The notes beneath the pieces were generated by a model. That model was not told the origin of the DNA. It made no database searches and was given only the letters and a program-made list of their open reading frames with translations. Position numbers and translations under genes: made by a program. A DNA stretch of 46,291 bases, taken from assembly GCA_033839185.1 (NCBI GenBank), contig JAJLKJ010000004.1, positions 1 through 46,291 on the forward strand. Reading direction: 5' to 3'. Origin of the DNA: Gammaproteobacteria bacterium. Lineage in GTDB: Bacteria > Pseudomonadota > Gammaproteobacteria > SpSt-1174. Position 1 is the stretch's first letter. Every line of letters starts with the position of its first letter. Shown piece after piece: positions 32,806 through 43,452 of this stretch.

Positions 32806-33960
32806 TTATTGCAGGCAGAAGCGTTCGATCATCTGCCCGAGGATGCGGCGCATGGGTTCGATGCGGTCCACGCGCAGGTATTCGTCAGGCTGGTGGGCCT
32901 GCTCGATGTCGCCGGGGCCGAGCACGATGGTCTGGATGCCAAGCTTCTGCAGGAAGGGCGCCTCGGTGCCGAAGGCGACCGAGCGGGCCGGTTGACCGGT
33001 GAATGCCTCTGCAGCGGCCACCAGCGGCGAGTCGGCCGGCGTCTCGAAGGCCGGCACCTCCACGTCGAGGTTGCGCATCTCGATGTGCAGCCCGCTTTCG
33101 TGCAGGCGTCCGCCCAGGCGCTGCTTCAGTTCCTCGCGCAGCGGCGTCATCTCCATGCTCGGCATCAGCCGCATGTCGAAATGCAGCTCGCAGAGGCCGC
33201 AGATGCGGTTCGGGTTGTCACCGCCATGGATGTGGCCGAGGTTGAGCGTGGGTACGGGCACGGCGAAGGCCGGGTTGCGGTAGCGCTCGCCCAGTTCCCG
33301 TCGCCAGTCCATCAGCTCGCCGATCACGGTATGCATGCCGTCGATGGCGTTGATGCCGAGGCTCGGGTCGCTGGAGTGGCCGGCGCGGCCGATGAGCCGG
33401 ATCGCCTCCATGGCCACGCCCTTGTGCATGCGCACGGGGGTGAGGCCGGTGGGTTCGCCGATGATGGCGTAGCGCGCCTTCGGCCGGCCGAGATGGGCGA
33501 GCAGCTGTGCGCCGTTCATGGTGCTCTCCTCGTCGGCAGTGGCGAGGATGATGAGCGGGCGTTTGAGCCTTGCCGGATCCACCTCGCGGGCCACGTCCAC
33601 GGCGATGGCGAGAAAGGCCTTCATGTCCGAGGTGCCCAGGCCATAGAGCAGGCCGTCTTCCTCGATGACCGTGAACGGGTCGTGACGCCACTTGCCCTCG
33701 TCGTAGGGCACGGTGTCGGTGTGGCCGGCCAGCACCAGGCCATCCTCACCCTCGCCGAGGGTGGCGATCAGGTTGGCCTTGAAGGGGGAGTCGGAGACCG
33801 GGATCACCTCGGTGCGGAAACCGAGGGCATCCAGCCATCCCGCCAGGCGTTCGATCACACCCTGGTTGCCCATGTCGAATTCGGGGCTCACGCTGCTCAC
33901 CGAGGGCTCGGCGACCAGTTCGGCTATCATCTGTTGTAGGCTTGGGAACCTGGCGGTCAT
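32806..33960 (-). CDS. argE: acetylornithine deacetylase
   Basis: MTARFPSLQQMIAELVAEPSVSS, LAGHTDTVP and ATADEES M20 motifs. ATG at 33960. Confidence 0.87.
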   Translation of the reverse strand: MTARFPSLQQMIAELVAEPSVSSVSPEFDMGNQGVIERLAGWLDALGFRTEVIPVSDSPFKANLIATLGEGEDGLVLAGHTDTVPYDEGKWRHDPFTVIEEDGLLYGLGTSDMKAFLAIAVDVAREVDPARLKRPLIILATADEESTMNGAQLLAHLGRPKARYAIIGEPTGLTPVRMHKGVAMEAIRLIGRAGHSSDPSLGINAIDGMHTVIGELMDWRRELGERYRNPAFAVPVPTLNLGHIHGGDNPNRICGLCELHFDMRLMPSMEMTPLREELKQRLGGRLHESGLHIEMRNLDVEVPAFETPADSPLVAAAEAFTGQPARSVAFGTEAPFLQKLGIQTIVLGPGDIEQAHQPDEYLRVDRIEPMRRILGQMIERFCLQ

Positions 33961-34095
33961 GGTCGTGTCTTTGGCTGTGATGGAGGCATCTGCCCGGTTC
34001 GCTGATACTAGCACCAAGACCCGTGACAAGGGTCTACACCCGGCGCATACTGCGCCGACTTTTTTCGCCTGACCGGGGGAAGGCCACCCGCTTCG

Positions 34096-35211
34096 ATGAT
34101 CCGCACCGCCACGCTCGACGACATCCCCCGTCTACTCCGCCTGGAGGAGGCCTGCTTCGACACCGACCGGCTGTCGCGGCGCCAGTTCCGCTATATGCTC
34201 ACCAAGGCCAACGCCGTGGTCTTCGTCCATGAGGAAGACCAGGCGCTGCTGGGTTACGTGCTGATCCTGTTCAGCCGCGGCACCTCCATGGCGCGTCTCT
34301 ATTCCATCGCCGTCGATCCCGCCGCCCGCGGACGCGGCGTGGCGCGTGCCCTGGTGGAGGCGGCCGAACATGAGAGCCGCGAGCGCGAGTGCGCCTATTT
34401 GCGCCTGGAGATCCGCAAGGACAACACGGCCTCGCTGGGGCTGTTCCAGACGATGGGCTACAAACAGTTCGGCGAGTTCCCGGACTATTACGAAGACCAC
34501 ATGGATGCCTGGCGCTTCGAGAAGTCGCTGGCGCCCGATCTCGCTCCCGAGCTGGCGCGGGTCCCCTACTACGAGCAGACCCTGGATTTCACCTGTGGCC
34601 CCGCCGCACTGATGATGGCCATGAAGTCGCTGGCGCCGACCCTGCCGCTGGATCGCAAGCTGGAACTGCGCCTGTGGCGCGAGGCCACCACCATCTACAT
34701 GACCTCCGGTCACGGTGGTTGCGGACCCTTCGGCCTGGCGCTCGCGGCCGCGCATCGCGGCTTCGACGTGGAGGTGTATGTCAGCGACGAGGGCGTGCAC
34801 CTGGTCGATACGGTGCGCAGTGAGGAAAAAAAGGAGGTCATCCGCCTGGTGCAGGAGGACATGCGCGAGGAGCTGACGCAGCGCGGGGTGCCCGTCCACT
34901 ATGCCACTCTGAGCCTGGAGGAGATGGAGCAGCGCTTCAATGCCGGAGGTATACCCGTGGTGCTGATCAGCTCCTACCAGATCTACGAGGAGAAATTCCC
35001 CCACTGGGTGGTCGTCACCGGTTTTGACGAACACTTCGTCTACGTGAACGACCCGTACGTGGACTACGAGAACGACGAGACGCTGGTGGACTCGATCAAC
35101 ATGCCGATCCACAAGCGCAACTTCCAGCGCATGGCGCGCTATGGCCGGGCCGGCCTGCGCGCCGTGCTGATGCTTTATGCTCCACCGAACACGCAAGGGA
35201 TGAGCGCATGA
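34096..35211 (+). CDS. GNAT N-acetyltransferase fused to a papain-like (peptidase C39-like) domain
   Basis: The N-terminal 150 aa are GNAT (ARLYSIAVDPAARGRGVARAL). The C-terminal half has TCGPAALMMA (catalytic Cys context) and FPHWVVVTGF (His context). Confidence 0.7.
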   Translation: MIRTATLDDIPRLLRLEEACFDTDRLSRRQFRYMLTKANAVVFVHEEDQALLGYVLILFSRGTSMARLYSIAVDPAARGRGVARALVEAAEHESRERECAYLRLEIRKDNTASLGLFQTMGYKQFGEFPDYYEDHMDAWRFEKSLAPDLAPELARVPYYEQTLDFTCGPAALMMAMKSLAPTLPLDRKLELRLWREATTIYMTSGHGGCGPFGLALAAAHRGFDVEVYVSDEGVHLVDTVRSEEKKEVIRLVQEDMREELTQRGVPVHYATLSLEEMEQRFNAGGIPVVLISSYQIYEEKFPHWVVVTGFDEHFVYVNDPYVDYENDETLVDSINMPIHKRNFQRMARYGRAGLRAVLMLYAPPNTQGMSA

Positions 35212-36701
35212 CCGAACACGTCATACTGATAGAGAACGCCAGCGACTGGAAACCGCACTACCCGAAGCTGCCGGTGGTGGAGGCGCGCGACTACCTGGCC
35301 GGCGCGGCTGGTCTGAACAAGTCCGGCGTGCACGTGGTCAATCTCTGCCGCAGTCAGCGTTATCTGAGCGAGGGGTATTACTGCTCGCTGCTGGCCGAGG
35401 CGCGCCGGCACCGCGTGATTCCCTCGGTGCGCACGCTGCAGGACCTGAGCCGCAAGTCGATCTACAGCCTGGACACGGGCGACCTCGACAAGATCGTGCA
35501 GAAGATCTTCCGCAAGCGTCGCCAGGATCTCACCACCACCGGCTTCGAGCTCGACATCTTCTTTGGCCAGTGCGCCGTGGCCGAGATGCAGGATTTCGCG
35601 CGCCAGCTGTTCGAGACCTTCCCTGCACCCATGCTGCGGGTGGAGTTCCGGCTGGCCGGCCAGTGGCGCATCGCCAGCATCAAGCCACTGGTGTTTCGCA
35701 GTCTCGACGCCGCGCAGGAGGAGTCCTTTTTCGCTGCGCTGGACCAGCACCTCGCACGGCGCTGGCGCAGGCGCCGGGCGCCGTCGGCCTCGCGCTACGA
35801 CCTCGCCATCCTGCACAACCCGGATGAAGTGCTGCCGCCCTCCGATAGCCGTGCCCTGCAGAAGTTCATCCGTGCCGCGCGCGAGCAGGGTGTGAACGCG
35901 GAGCTCATCGAGCGGCGTGATTATGCGCGCCTGGCCGAATACGATGCGCTGTTCATCCGCGAGACCACGCAGATCGATCACTACACCTACCGTTTTGCCA
36001 AGAAGGCCGACAGCGAGGGCATGGTGGTCATCGACGACCCGGACTCCATTCTAAAGTGCACCAACAAGGTGTATCTGGCCGAGCTGCTGGGCAACAACAA
36101 GATCGGCACGCCGCGTACGGTGATCGTCAGTCGAGAAAATGTGAAGACGCTGGACGAGCAGCTCGCCTATCCGATCGTACTCAAGATCCCGGACGGCTCC
36201 TTCTCGCGTGGGGTGTTCAAGGCCGAGAATCCGCGCGAGCTGAAGGATATCGCCACACGCTTGTTCAAGGAGTCCGATCTCATTCTCGCGCAGGAATTCG
36301 TCTATACCGAGTTCGACTGGCGCGTGGGTGTGCTCAACCGCGAGCCGTTGTTCGTCTGTCAGTACTTCATGTCGAAGAAGCACTGGCAGATCGTGAATCA
36401 CAGCAAGCAGGGGCATCCGGACGAGGGCACCTTCAAGACCTGGGCCGTGGAGGACGCGCCCGCGCAGGTGGTGAAGACGGCGCTCAAGGCCGCCAACCTG
36501 ATCGGCGACGGCTTCTATGGCGTGGACCTGAAGGAGACGGCGCGCGGGGTCATGGTCATCGAGGTGAACGACAACCCGAACCTGGAGGCCGGCGTGGAGG
36601 ACCAGGTGCTGAAGGACGTGCTCTACCAGCGCCTGGTCGGTGAGTTCGTGCGCCGTCTGGACGTGCGCCACGACCGTCGTGACGCAGCATCCGGCAGCTG
36701 A
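35208..36701 (+). CDS. RimK-type ATP-grasp ligase with ~200-aa N-terminal RLAN-like domain
   Basis: The C-terminal 290 aa are ATP-grasp (YPIVLKIPDGSFSRGV, ILAQEFVYTEFDWRVGVL, VIEVNDNPN). The ATG at 35208 overlaps the upstream stop (ATGA). Confidence 0.8.
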   Translation: MTEHVILIENASDWKPHYPKLPVVEARDYLAGAAGLNKSGVHVVNLCRSQRYLSEGYYCSLLAEARRHRVIPSVRTLQDLSRKSIYSLDTGDLDKIVQKIFRKRRQDLTTTGFELDIFFGQCAVAEMQDFARQLFETFPAPMLRVEFRLAGQWRIASIKPLVFRSLDAAQEESFFAALDQHLARRWRRRRAPSASRYDLAILHNPDEVLPPSDSRALQKFIRAAREQGVNAELIERRDYARLAEYDALFIRETTQIDHYTYRFAKKADSEGMVVIDDPDSILKCTNKVYLAELLGNNKIGTPRTVIVSRENVKTLDEQLAYPIVLKIPDGSFSRGVFKAENPRELKDIATRLFKESDLILAQEFVYTEFDWRVGVLNREPLFVCQYFMSKKHWQIVNHSKQGHPDEGTFKTWAVEDAPAQVVKTALKAANLIGDGFYGVDLKETARGVMVIEVNDNPNLEAGVEDQVLKDVLYQRLVGEFVRRLDVRHDRRDAASGS

Positions 36702-36707
36702 AGGCGG

Positions 36708-36908
36708 TCAGCCCTTCGGCGGGTAGCCCAGCGCGGCGAGCCGCTGCTCGATCTCGGCGCGGATGTCGCCGTCCGCCTCCACCGTCACCCGGCCACTGGC
36801 GATATCGACGTTCACCTCGTTGATGCGGGGGTCTTCCAGCAGCCCCGTACTGATGGCGCTGGCGCAGCCGCCACACTTGATGTTCTGGGCATCGATCTCG
36901 ATCTGCAT
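36708..36908 (-). CDS. heavy-metal-associated (HMA) domain protein
   Basis: MQIEIDAQNIKCGGCASAI... (CxxC in a beta-alpha-beta-beta-alpha-beta context). The ATG at 36908 is preceded by AGGAGAA; the track ORF extends to 36932. Confidence 0.65.
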   Translation of the reverse strand: MQIEIDAQNIKCGGCASAISTGLLEDPRINEVNVDIASGRVTVEADGDIRAEIEQRLAALGYPPKG

Positions 36909-37036
36909 CTGCTTCTCCTGGCCGGCGGTCAAAGGCTGCGCGGCGACTGTGGTTTTGCGCGTGAGGTTTCGCCCCGCATTATATCCGGGTGTAGAATACG
37001 GGGTTCAACCTCAAGCCGTCGCACCACGGAGCCAGC

Positions 37037-38944
37037 ATGCCGCAGTATCGTTCCCGCACCACCACCCATGGCCGCAACATGGCCGGCGCCCGCGCCCTGT
37101 GGCGCGCCACCGGCATGAAGGACGGTGATTTCGACAAGCCGATCATCGCCATTGCCAACTCCTTCACCCAGTTCGTGCCGGGCCACGTCCATCTCAAGGA
37201 CCTGGGCCAGATGGTCGCGCGCGAGATCGAGGCCCACGGCGGCGTGGCCAAGGAATTCAACACCATCGCGGTGGACGACGGCATCGCCATGGGCCACAGC
37301 GGCATGCTGTACTCGCTGCCCTCGCGCGAGGTGATCTCGGATGCGGTGGAGTACATGGTGAACGCCCACTGCGCCGATGCCCTGGTGTGCATCTCCAACT
37401 GCGACAAGATCACCCCCGGCATGCTCAACGCCGCGCTGCGCCTGAACATCCCCACCGTGTTCGTCTCCGGTGGGCCGATGGAGTCCGGCAAGGCCATCAT
37501 CGGCGGCAAGGAGGTGCACCTCGACCTGGTGGACGCCATGGTCTCGGCCGCCAACCCCAACGAGTCCGACGAGGACGTGATGGAGATGGAGCGCTCGGCC
37601 TGCCCGACCTGCGGCTCCTGCTCCGGCATGTTCACCGCCAACTCCATGAACTGCCTGACCGAGGCCCTGGGCCTGTCGCTGCCGGGCAACGGCTCGACGC
37701 TCGCCACCCATGCCGACCGCCGCGAACTGTTCCTGCGGGCCGGCCGTCTGGCCGTGGACATCGCCAGGCGCTACTACGAGCAGGACGACACCTCCGTGCT
37801 GCCGCGCTCGGTGGCCACCTTCGAGGCCTTCGAGAACGCCATGAGCCTGGACATCGCCATGGGCGGTTCCACCAATACCGTCCTGCACCTGCTGGCCGCG
37901 GCCCAGGAGGCGGGCGTGGACTTCACCATGGCCGACATCGACCGCCTCTCGCGCAAGGTGCCCAACATCTGCAAGGTGGCCCCGGCCACGCAGAAGTACC
38001 ACATGGAGGACGTGCACCGCGCCGGCGGCGTGATCGGCATCCTCGGCGAGCTGGACCGCGGCGGCCTGCTGCACCGCGACGTGCCCACCGTGCACAGCAA
38101 GACCCTGGGCGAGGCCCTGGAGAAATACGACGTGATGCGCACCACCGACGAGGGCGTGAAGACCTTCTTCCGCGCCGGCCCCGGCAACGTGCGCACCACC
38201 GAGGCCTTCAGCCAGGACAAGCGCTGGCCGGCGCTGGATCTGGACCGCGAGAACGGCTGCATCCGCGACATCGCGCACGCCTACAGCAGGGACGGCGGCC
38301 TGGCCGTGCTCTATGGCAACATCGCCCCCGAGGGCTGCGTGGTGAAGACCGCGGGCGTGGAGCAGAGCATGATCGAGGCCCACGAGCTGCGCTACACCAC
38401 CAGCGTGCCCACCTCCACGCTGCGCGGTTTCGCCGGCCCGGCGCGCATCTTCGAGAGCCAGGAGGCGGCCGTGGAGGCCATCCTGGGCGACCAGATCAAG
38501 GCCGGTGACGTGGTCATCATCCGCTACGAAGGGCCGCGCGGCGGGCCGGGCATGCAGGAGATGCTGTATCCGACCAGCTACCTCAAGTCCAAGGGCCTGG
38601 GCAAGGAATGCGCGCTCATCACTGACGGGCGTTTCTCCGGCGGCACCTCCGGCCTGTCCATCGGCCACGTCTCGCCGGAGGCGGCGGAGGGCGGTCCGAT
38701 CGGTCTGGTCGAGGAGGGCGACCTCATCGAGATCGACATCCCGAACCGCGGCATCAACGTGGTGCTCACCGAGGAGGAGCTGGCTGCCCGCCGTGCGGCC
38801 ATGGAGGCGAAGGGCGCAGACGCCTGGAAGCCGGTGGGTCGCGACCGCGTGGTCTCCAGCGCGCTCAAGGCCTACGCCGCCATGACCACCTCCGCCTCCC
38901 GCGGCGCGGTGCGCGACGTCAGCCAGCTGGAGCCCAGGGGCTGA
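37037..38944 (+). CDS. ilvD: dihydroxy-acid dehydratase
   Basis: [34 protein letters not shown], and [55 protein letters not shown]. Confidence 0.96.
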   Translation: MPQYRSRTTTHGRNMAGARALWRATGMKDGDFDKPIIAIANSFTQFVPGHVHLKDLGQMVAREIEAHGGVAKEFNTIAVDDGIAMGHSGMLYSLPSREVISDAVEYMVNAHCADALVCISNCDKITPGMLNAALRLNIPTVFVSGGPMESGKAIIGGKEVHLDLVDAMVSAANPNESDEDVMEMERSACPTCGSCSGMFTANSMNCLTEALGLSLPGNGSTLATHADRRELFLRAGRLAVDIARRYYEQDDTSVLPRSVATFEAFENAMSLDIAMGGSTNTVLHLLAAAQEAGVDFTMADIDRLSRKVPNICKVAPATQKYHMEDVHRAGGVIGILGELDRGGLLHRDVPTVHSKTLGEALEKYDVMRTTDEGVKTFFRAGPGNVRTTEAFSQDKRWPALDLDRENGCIRDIAHAYSRDGGLAVLYGNIAPEGCVVKTAGVEQSMIEAHELRYTTSVPTSTLRGFAGPARIFESQEAAVEAILGDQIKAGDVVIIRYEGPRGGPGMQEMLYPTSYLKSKGLGKECALITDGRFSGGTSGLSIGHVSPEAAEGGPIGLVEEGDLIEIDIPNRGINVVLTEEELAARRAAMEAKGADAWKPVGRDRVVSSALKAYAAMTTSASRGAVRDVSQLEPRG

Positions 38945-38977
38945 GGCCGCACTTTTCCGCGCAGTCGGTTGCACCCG

Positions 38978-39010
38978 CAGGGGGCCGGATGATCCGGCCC
39001 CCTGTTTTTT
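38978..39010 (+). terminator. intrinsic terminator after ilvD
   Basis: CAGGGGGCCGGAT/GATCCGGCCCCCTG stem followed by TTTTTT (39005-39010). Confidence 0.85.
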
Positions 39011-39120
39011 GTGTGGGCCTGTCGGCCATGGCATCCCCGGGCTGCTGTGCTATAGGTTGAGCAAGCACCCGAGAGAAGCCCGTCAGCCTGGCCGCCGCCG
39101 GCGGCCGTGAGGATTGTTGC

Positions 39121-39450
39121 ATGCGCGAGGACTACCAGGACTACCCGCTACTCGACTGGGAGGACGATTACAGTGCGGCCAAGGCGGCCGCCTGTATCCT
39201 CGACGAGGAACGCCTCATCCTCCTCATGCCACGCGAACTCGATCTCAGCGTGGATCCCGAGGAGTGCGGCTGCGACCTGGAGGAGGACGACGGCATGCTG
39301 TACGGCTGCGACCCCGGCGAGACCCTGGAGATCCTGGCCGAGGCCAGCGGGATCGAGGGTCTGGTCGAGGTGGGCGAGGCCGCCGCCGAGGTCGGCGTGC
39401 TGCTGGACATCGATCTGGAGGGGCGGCGCCTGATCTTCCGTGCCTCGTGA
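39121..39450 (+). CDS. hypothetical, strongly acidic 109-aa protein
   Basis: ORF with SD GAGGA upstream. 31 D/E versus 7 K/R by my count. I recognise no family. Confidence 0.45.
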   Translation: MREDYQDYPLLDWEDDYSAAKAAACILDEERLILLMPRELDLSVDPEECGCDLEEDDGMLYGCDPGETLEILAEASGIEGLVEVGEAAAEVGVLLDIDLEGRRLIFRAS

Positions 39451-39558
39451 TGGTCATCAGTTGCTGATCTGGGTCATCTTTCCCGCTTGCTGACATGGCG
39501 CAGGTGTACACCGGGTCCATACTCGGGGGGCTCACCAGCAATCCGAGGAGGGTGTGCA

Positions 39559-39837
39559 ATGAAACAAGTCCTGTTCACAGCCATATTCATCGCCTTCGGC
39601 GCCGGCGCAGTGGCGGATGTCCCCATGACCTTCGAGGATCTGGATCGCGATGCCAACGGCTATATCAACCAGTCCGAGGCCGGTGCGCGCAAGGACCTGA
39701 AGGCCGACTTTTCCTCCATCGACAAGGATGGCGACGGCAGGTTGACCATCAGGGAATACCAGGCCTATGAAGGCAAGGGGCGGATGAGCCCGCCGGAAGA
39801 GAGTGAGGTACCCGAACCGGGTGCGGCGCCGTATTGA
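39559..39837 (+). CDS. secreted EF-hand calcium-binding protein
   Basis: Signal peptide MKQVLFTAIFIAFGAGAVA and two EF loops, DLDRDANGYINQSE and DKDGDGRLTIRE. SD GAGGAGGG before the ATG at 39559. Confidence 0.65.
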   Translation: MKQVLFTAIFIAFGAGAVADVPMTFEDLDRDANGYINQSEAGARKDLKADFSSIDKDGDGRLTIREYQAYEGKGRMSPPEESEVPEPGAAPY

Positions 39838-39849
39838 TCCGCAGTGTGC

Positions 39850-39897
39850 CGCCCGAACGGAAAAGCCCCCGCATTGCGGGGGCTTTTTTGTTCGGGC
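39850..39897. terminator. intrinsic terminator after the EF-hand gene (long hairpin)
   Basis: GCCCCCGC-ATT-GCGGGGGC followed by TTTTTT. The stem is extended by outer GCCCGAAC/GTTCGGGC. Confidence 0.8.
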
Positions 39898-40280
39898 TCA
39901 ATTGAGCCGCTGATGATTTCGCCCTTATGGGGCTGGTGTGATCTTTTTCGGCGTTTGATGGATACGGGCGAGGTACTTTTGTTCGGCGCGTCCATGCGCC
40001 TCACCCCTTCGGGGCTGGCGCGTCAAATAGCTCCATGCGATTTGATCTTTGCTTGCCCAAAGAAAAGTACCCAGAAGAAAAGGCACCCCGCTATCTCGCC
40101 CTTCGGGTGCCCTGCGCTTCTCGCTCCAGACGGGGTTCCGCTGCGCTGCTTGGCGAGAAAAGGGGAGGGCAGTCAAACCCGCTTCGATAGGCCGTAGCCT
40201 GGATGAAGCGTCAGCGGGAATCCGGGGACGTCGGTGATGCGAAGATCAAGCCGGCGTTACCGCCGATAAAGCGGCGACCG
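39898..40280. other. unassigned hairpin-rich non-coding region between convergent genes
   Basis: No credible ORF. Three related ~20-nt units (39919-39938, 40000-40019, 40096-40115). Nested stems GTACTTTT (39972-39979) / AAAAGTAC (40063-40070) enclose the GCGCC-TCA-CCCC-TTCG-GGGG-CT-GGCGC hairpin. Confidence 0.4.
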
Positions 40281-42305
<2,025 letters not shown>

Positions 42306-42412
42306 GGGGGCCACGCGTGATCGAGGGGGTATTCTATCGGCTCCCGGCGGCAAGCGGCATATTGACATCCGCCAAACCCGGCCCCGATCACGCGCTGACG
42401 CCCCCAGGCCGA

Positions 42413-42418
42413 TATAAT
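42413..42418 (+). promoter_or_regulatory. consensus -10 hexamer TATAAT, 6 nt before the ATG of the thioredoxin-fold gene
   Basis: TATAATgcccgcATG. No SD and no good -35 at 17 bp. Confidence 0.28.
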
Positions 42419-42424
42419 GCCCGC

Positions 42425-42799
42425 ATGACCAAAAGCGATACGTCCATGGCCGGCAGCCCTGCGGGCATCGTCAGGCTCGACCAGTTCCGCTTCCACCACG
42501 TGCTGGAGGAGACCCCGGGGCTTGCCCTGGTGTTCTTCACCGGCCCGCACTGCGGGGCCTGCAAGGTCCTGCGCCGGGTGCTGGCCGACTACCTCGGGAC
42601 GCGCCCGCTCAGCGTGTTCGAGGTGGATGCCGAGCGCGACCTGGCGCTGGCCCACGAGTTCGGGGTGTTTCACCTGCCGAGCATGTACCTCTACCGGGAT
42701 GGCGTCTTCCACTGTGAGTTGCACAGCGAGCCGCGGGCGCCGGCCCTGGATGTGGCGATCGCCGCGGCCCGCGCCCGCCCGGCCGAGGAGGCGCCGTGA
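42425..42799 (+). CDS. thioredoxin-fold protein (CGAC motif)
   Basis: LVFFTGPHCGACKVL. 124 aa from the ATG at 42425. Its stop overlaps the ampD GTG (GTGA). Confidence 0.6.
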   Translation: MTKSDTSMAGSPAGIVRLDQFRFHHVLEETPGLALVFFTGPHCGACKVLRRVLADYLGTRPLSVFEVDAERDLALAHEFGVFHLPSMYLYRDGVFHCELHSEPRAPALDVAIAAARARPAEEAP

Positions 42800-43362
42800 G
42801 CATGGACGTGACAGGCGGCTGGCTGGCGGGGGCGCGCCGCGTGCCCTCGCCGAACTCTAACGAGCGGCCGGCGGGGATGGCCCCGGAGCTCATCGTCATC
42901 CACAACATCAGCCTGCCGCCCGGCGAGTTCGGCGGGCCCTGGATCGATGCCCTGTTCACCAACACCCTGGATCCGCAGGCGCATCCGTATTTTCGCGAGA
43001 TCGCCGGGCTCGAGGTCTCCGCCCACCTGCTGATCCGCCGCGACGGCGAGTGCGTGCAGTACGTGCCCTTCGATGCGCGCGCCTGGCATGCCGGACAGTC
43101 GAGCTTTTGCGGGCGCGAGAACTGCAACGACTTCTCCATCGGCATCGAGCTGGAGGGGGCGGACGACATCCCCTTCGCGGACCTGCAGTACCAGCGCCTC
43201 GCCGAGGTGATCGCGGCCCTGCTGGGCGCCTATCCGGGGCTCTCGCCCGAGCGCATCGCGGGACACAGCGATATCGCGCCGGGGCGCAAGACCGATCCGG
43301 GGCCGGTCTTCGACTGGGCGCGGCTGCATGCCGCGCTGGCGACGCGACTTGCAAGCCGCTGA
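42796..43362 (+). CDS. ampD: 1,6-anhydro-N-acetylmuramyl-L-alanine amidase AmpD
   Basis: VIHNISLPPGEFGGPWIDALF, AWHAGQS and SIGIELEG are near-identical to AmpD blocks. Start is GTG at 42796 or ATG at 42802. Confidence 0.9.
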   Translation: MSMDVTGGWLAGARRVPSPNSNERPAGMAPELIVIHNISLPPGEFGGPWIDALFTNTLDPQAHPYFREIAGLEVSAHLLIRRDGECVQYVPFDARAWHAGQSSFCGRENCNDFSIGIELEGADDIPFADLQYQRLAEVIAALLGAYPGLSPERIAGHSDIAPGRKTDPGPVFDWARLHAALATRLASR

Positions 43363-43452
43363 GCGAACGACGACACTTTATCCTGCTGTTTTTCCGGACA
43401 GACCGCTGTTCGCGGACAAAGAACAACAAGACGCAGAATCCAAGGACGCCCC

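Noticed and set aside
36929-39034. 701-aa minus-strand ORF
   Set aside because: It is antisense to ilvD.
39898-40280. tRNA, tmRNA, 6S or 4.5S RNA in the long non-coding block
   Set aside because: I could not find a GTTCRAnnC T-loop with a matching acceptor stem, nor resemblance to the E. coli 6S or 4.5S sequences I remember. It is left as unassigned structured DNA.
42362-42367. Perfect TTGACA as the -35 for the thioredoxin-fold/ampD operon
   Set aside because: It lies 45 nt upstream of the TATAAT at 42413, and no acceptable -10 sits 16-18 nt downstream of it.
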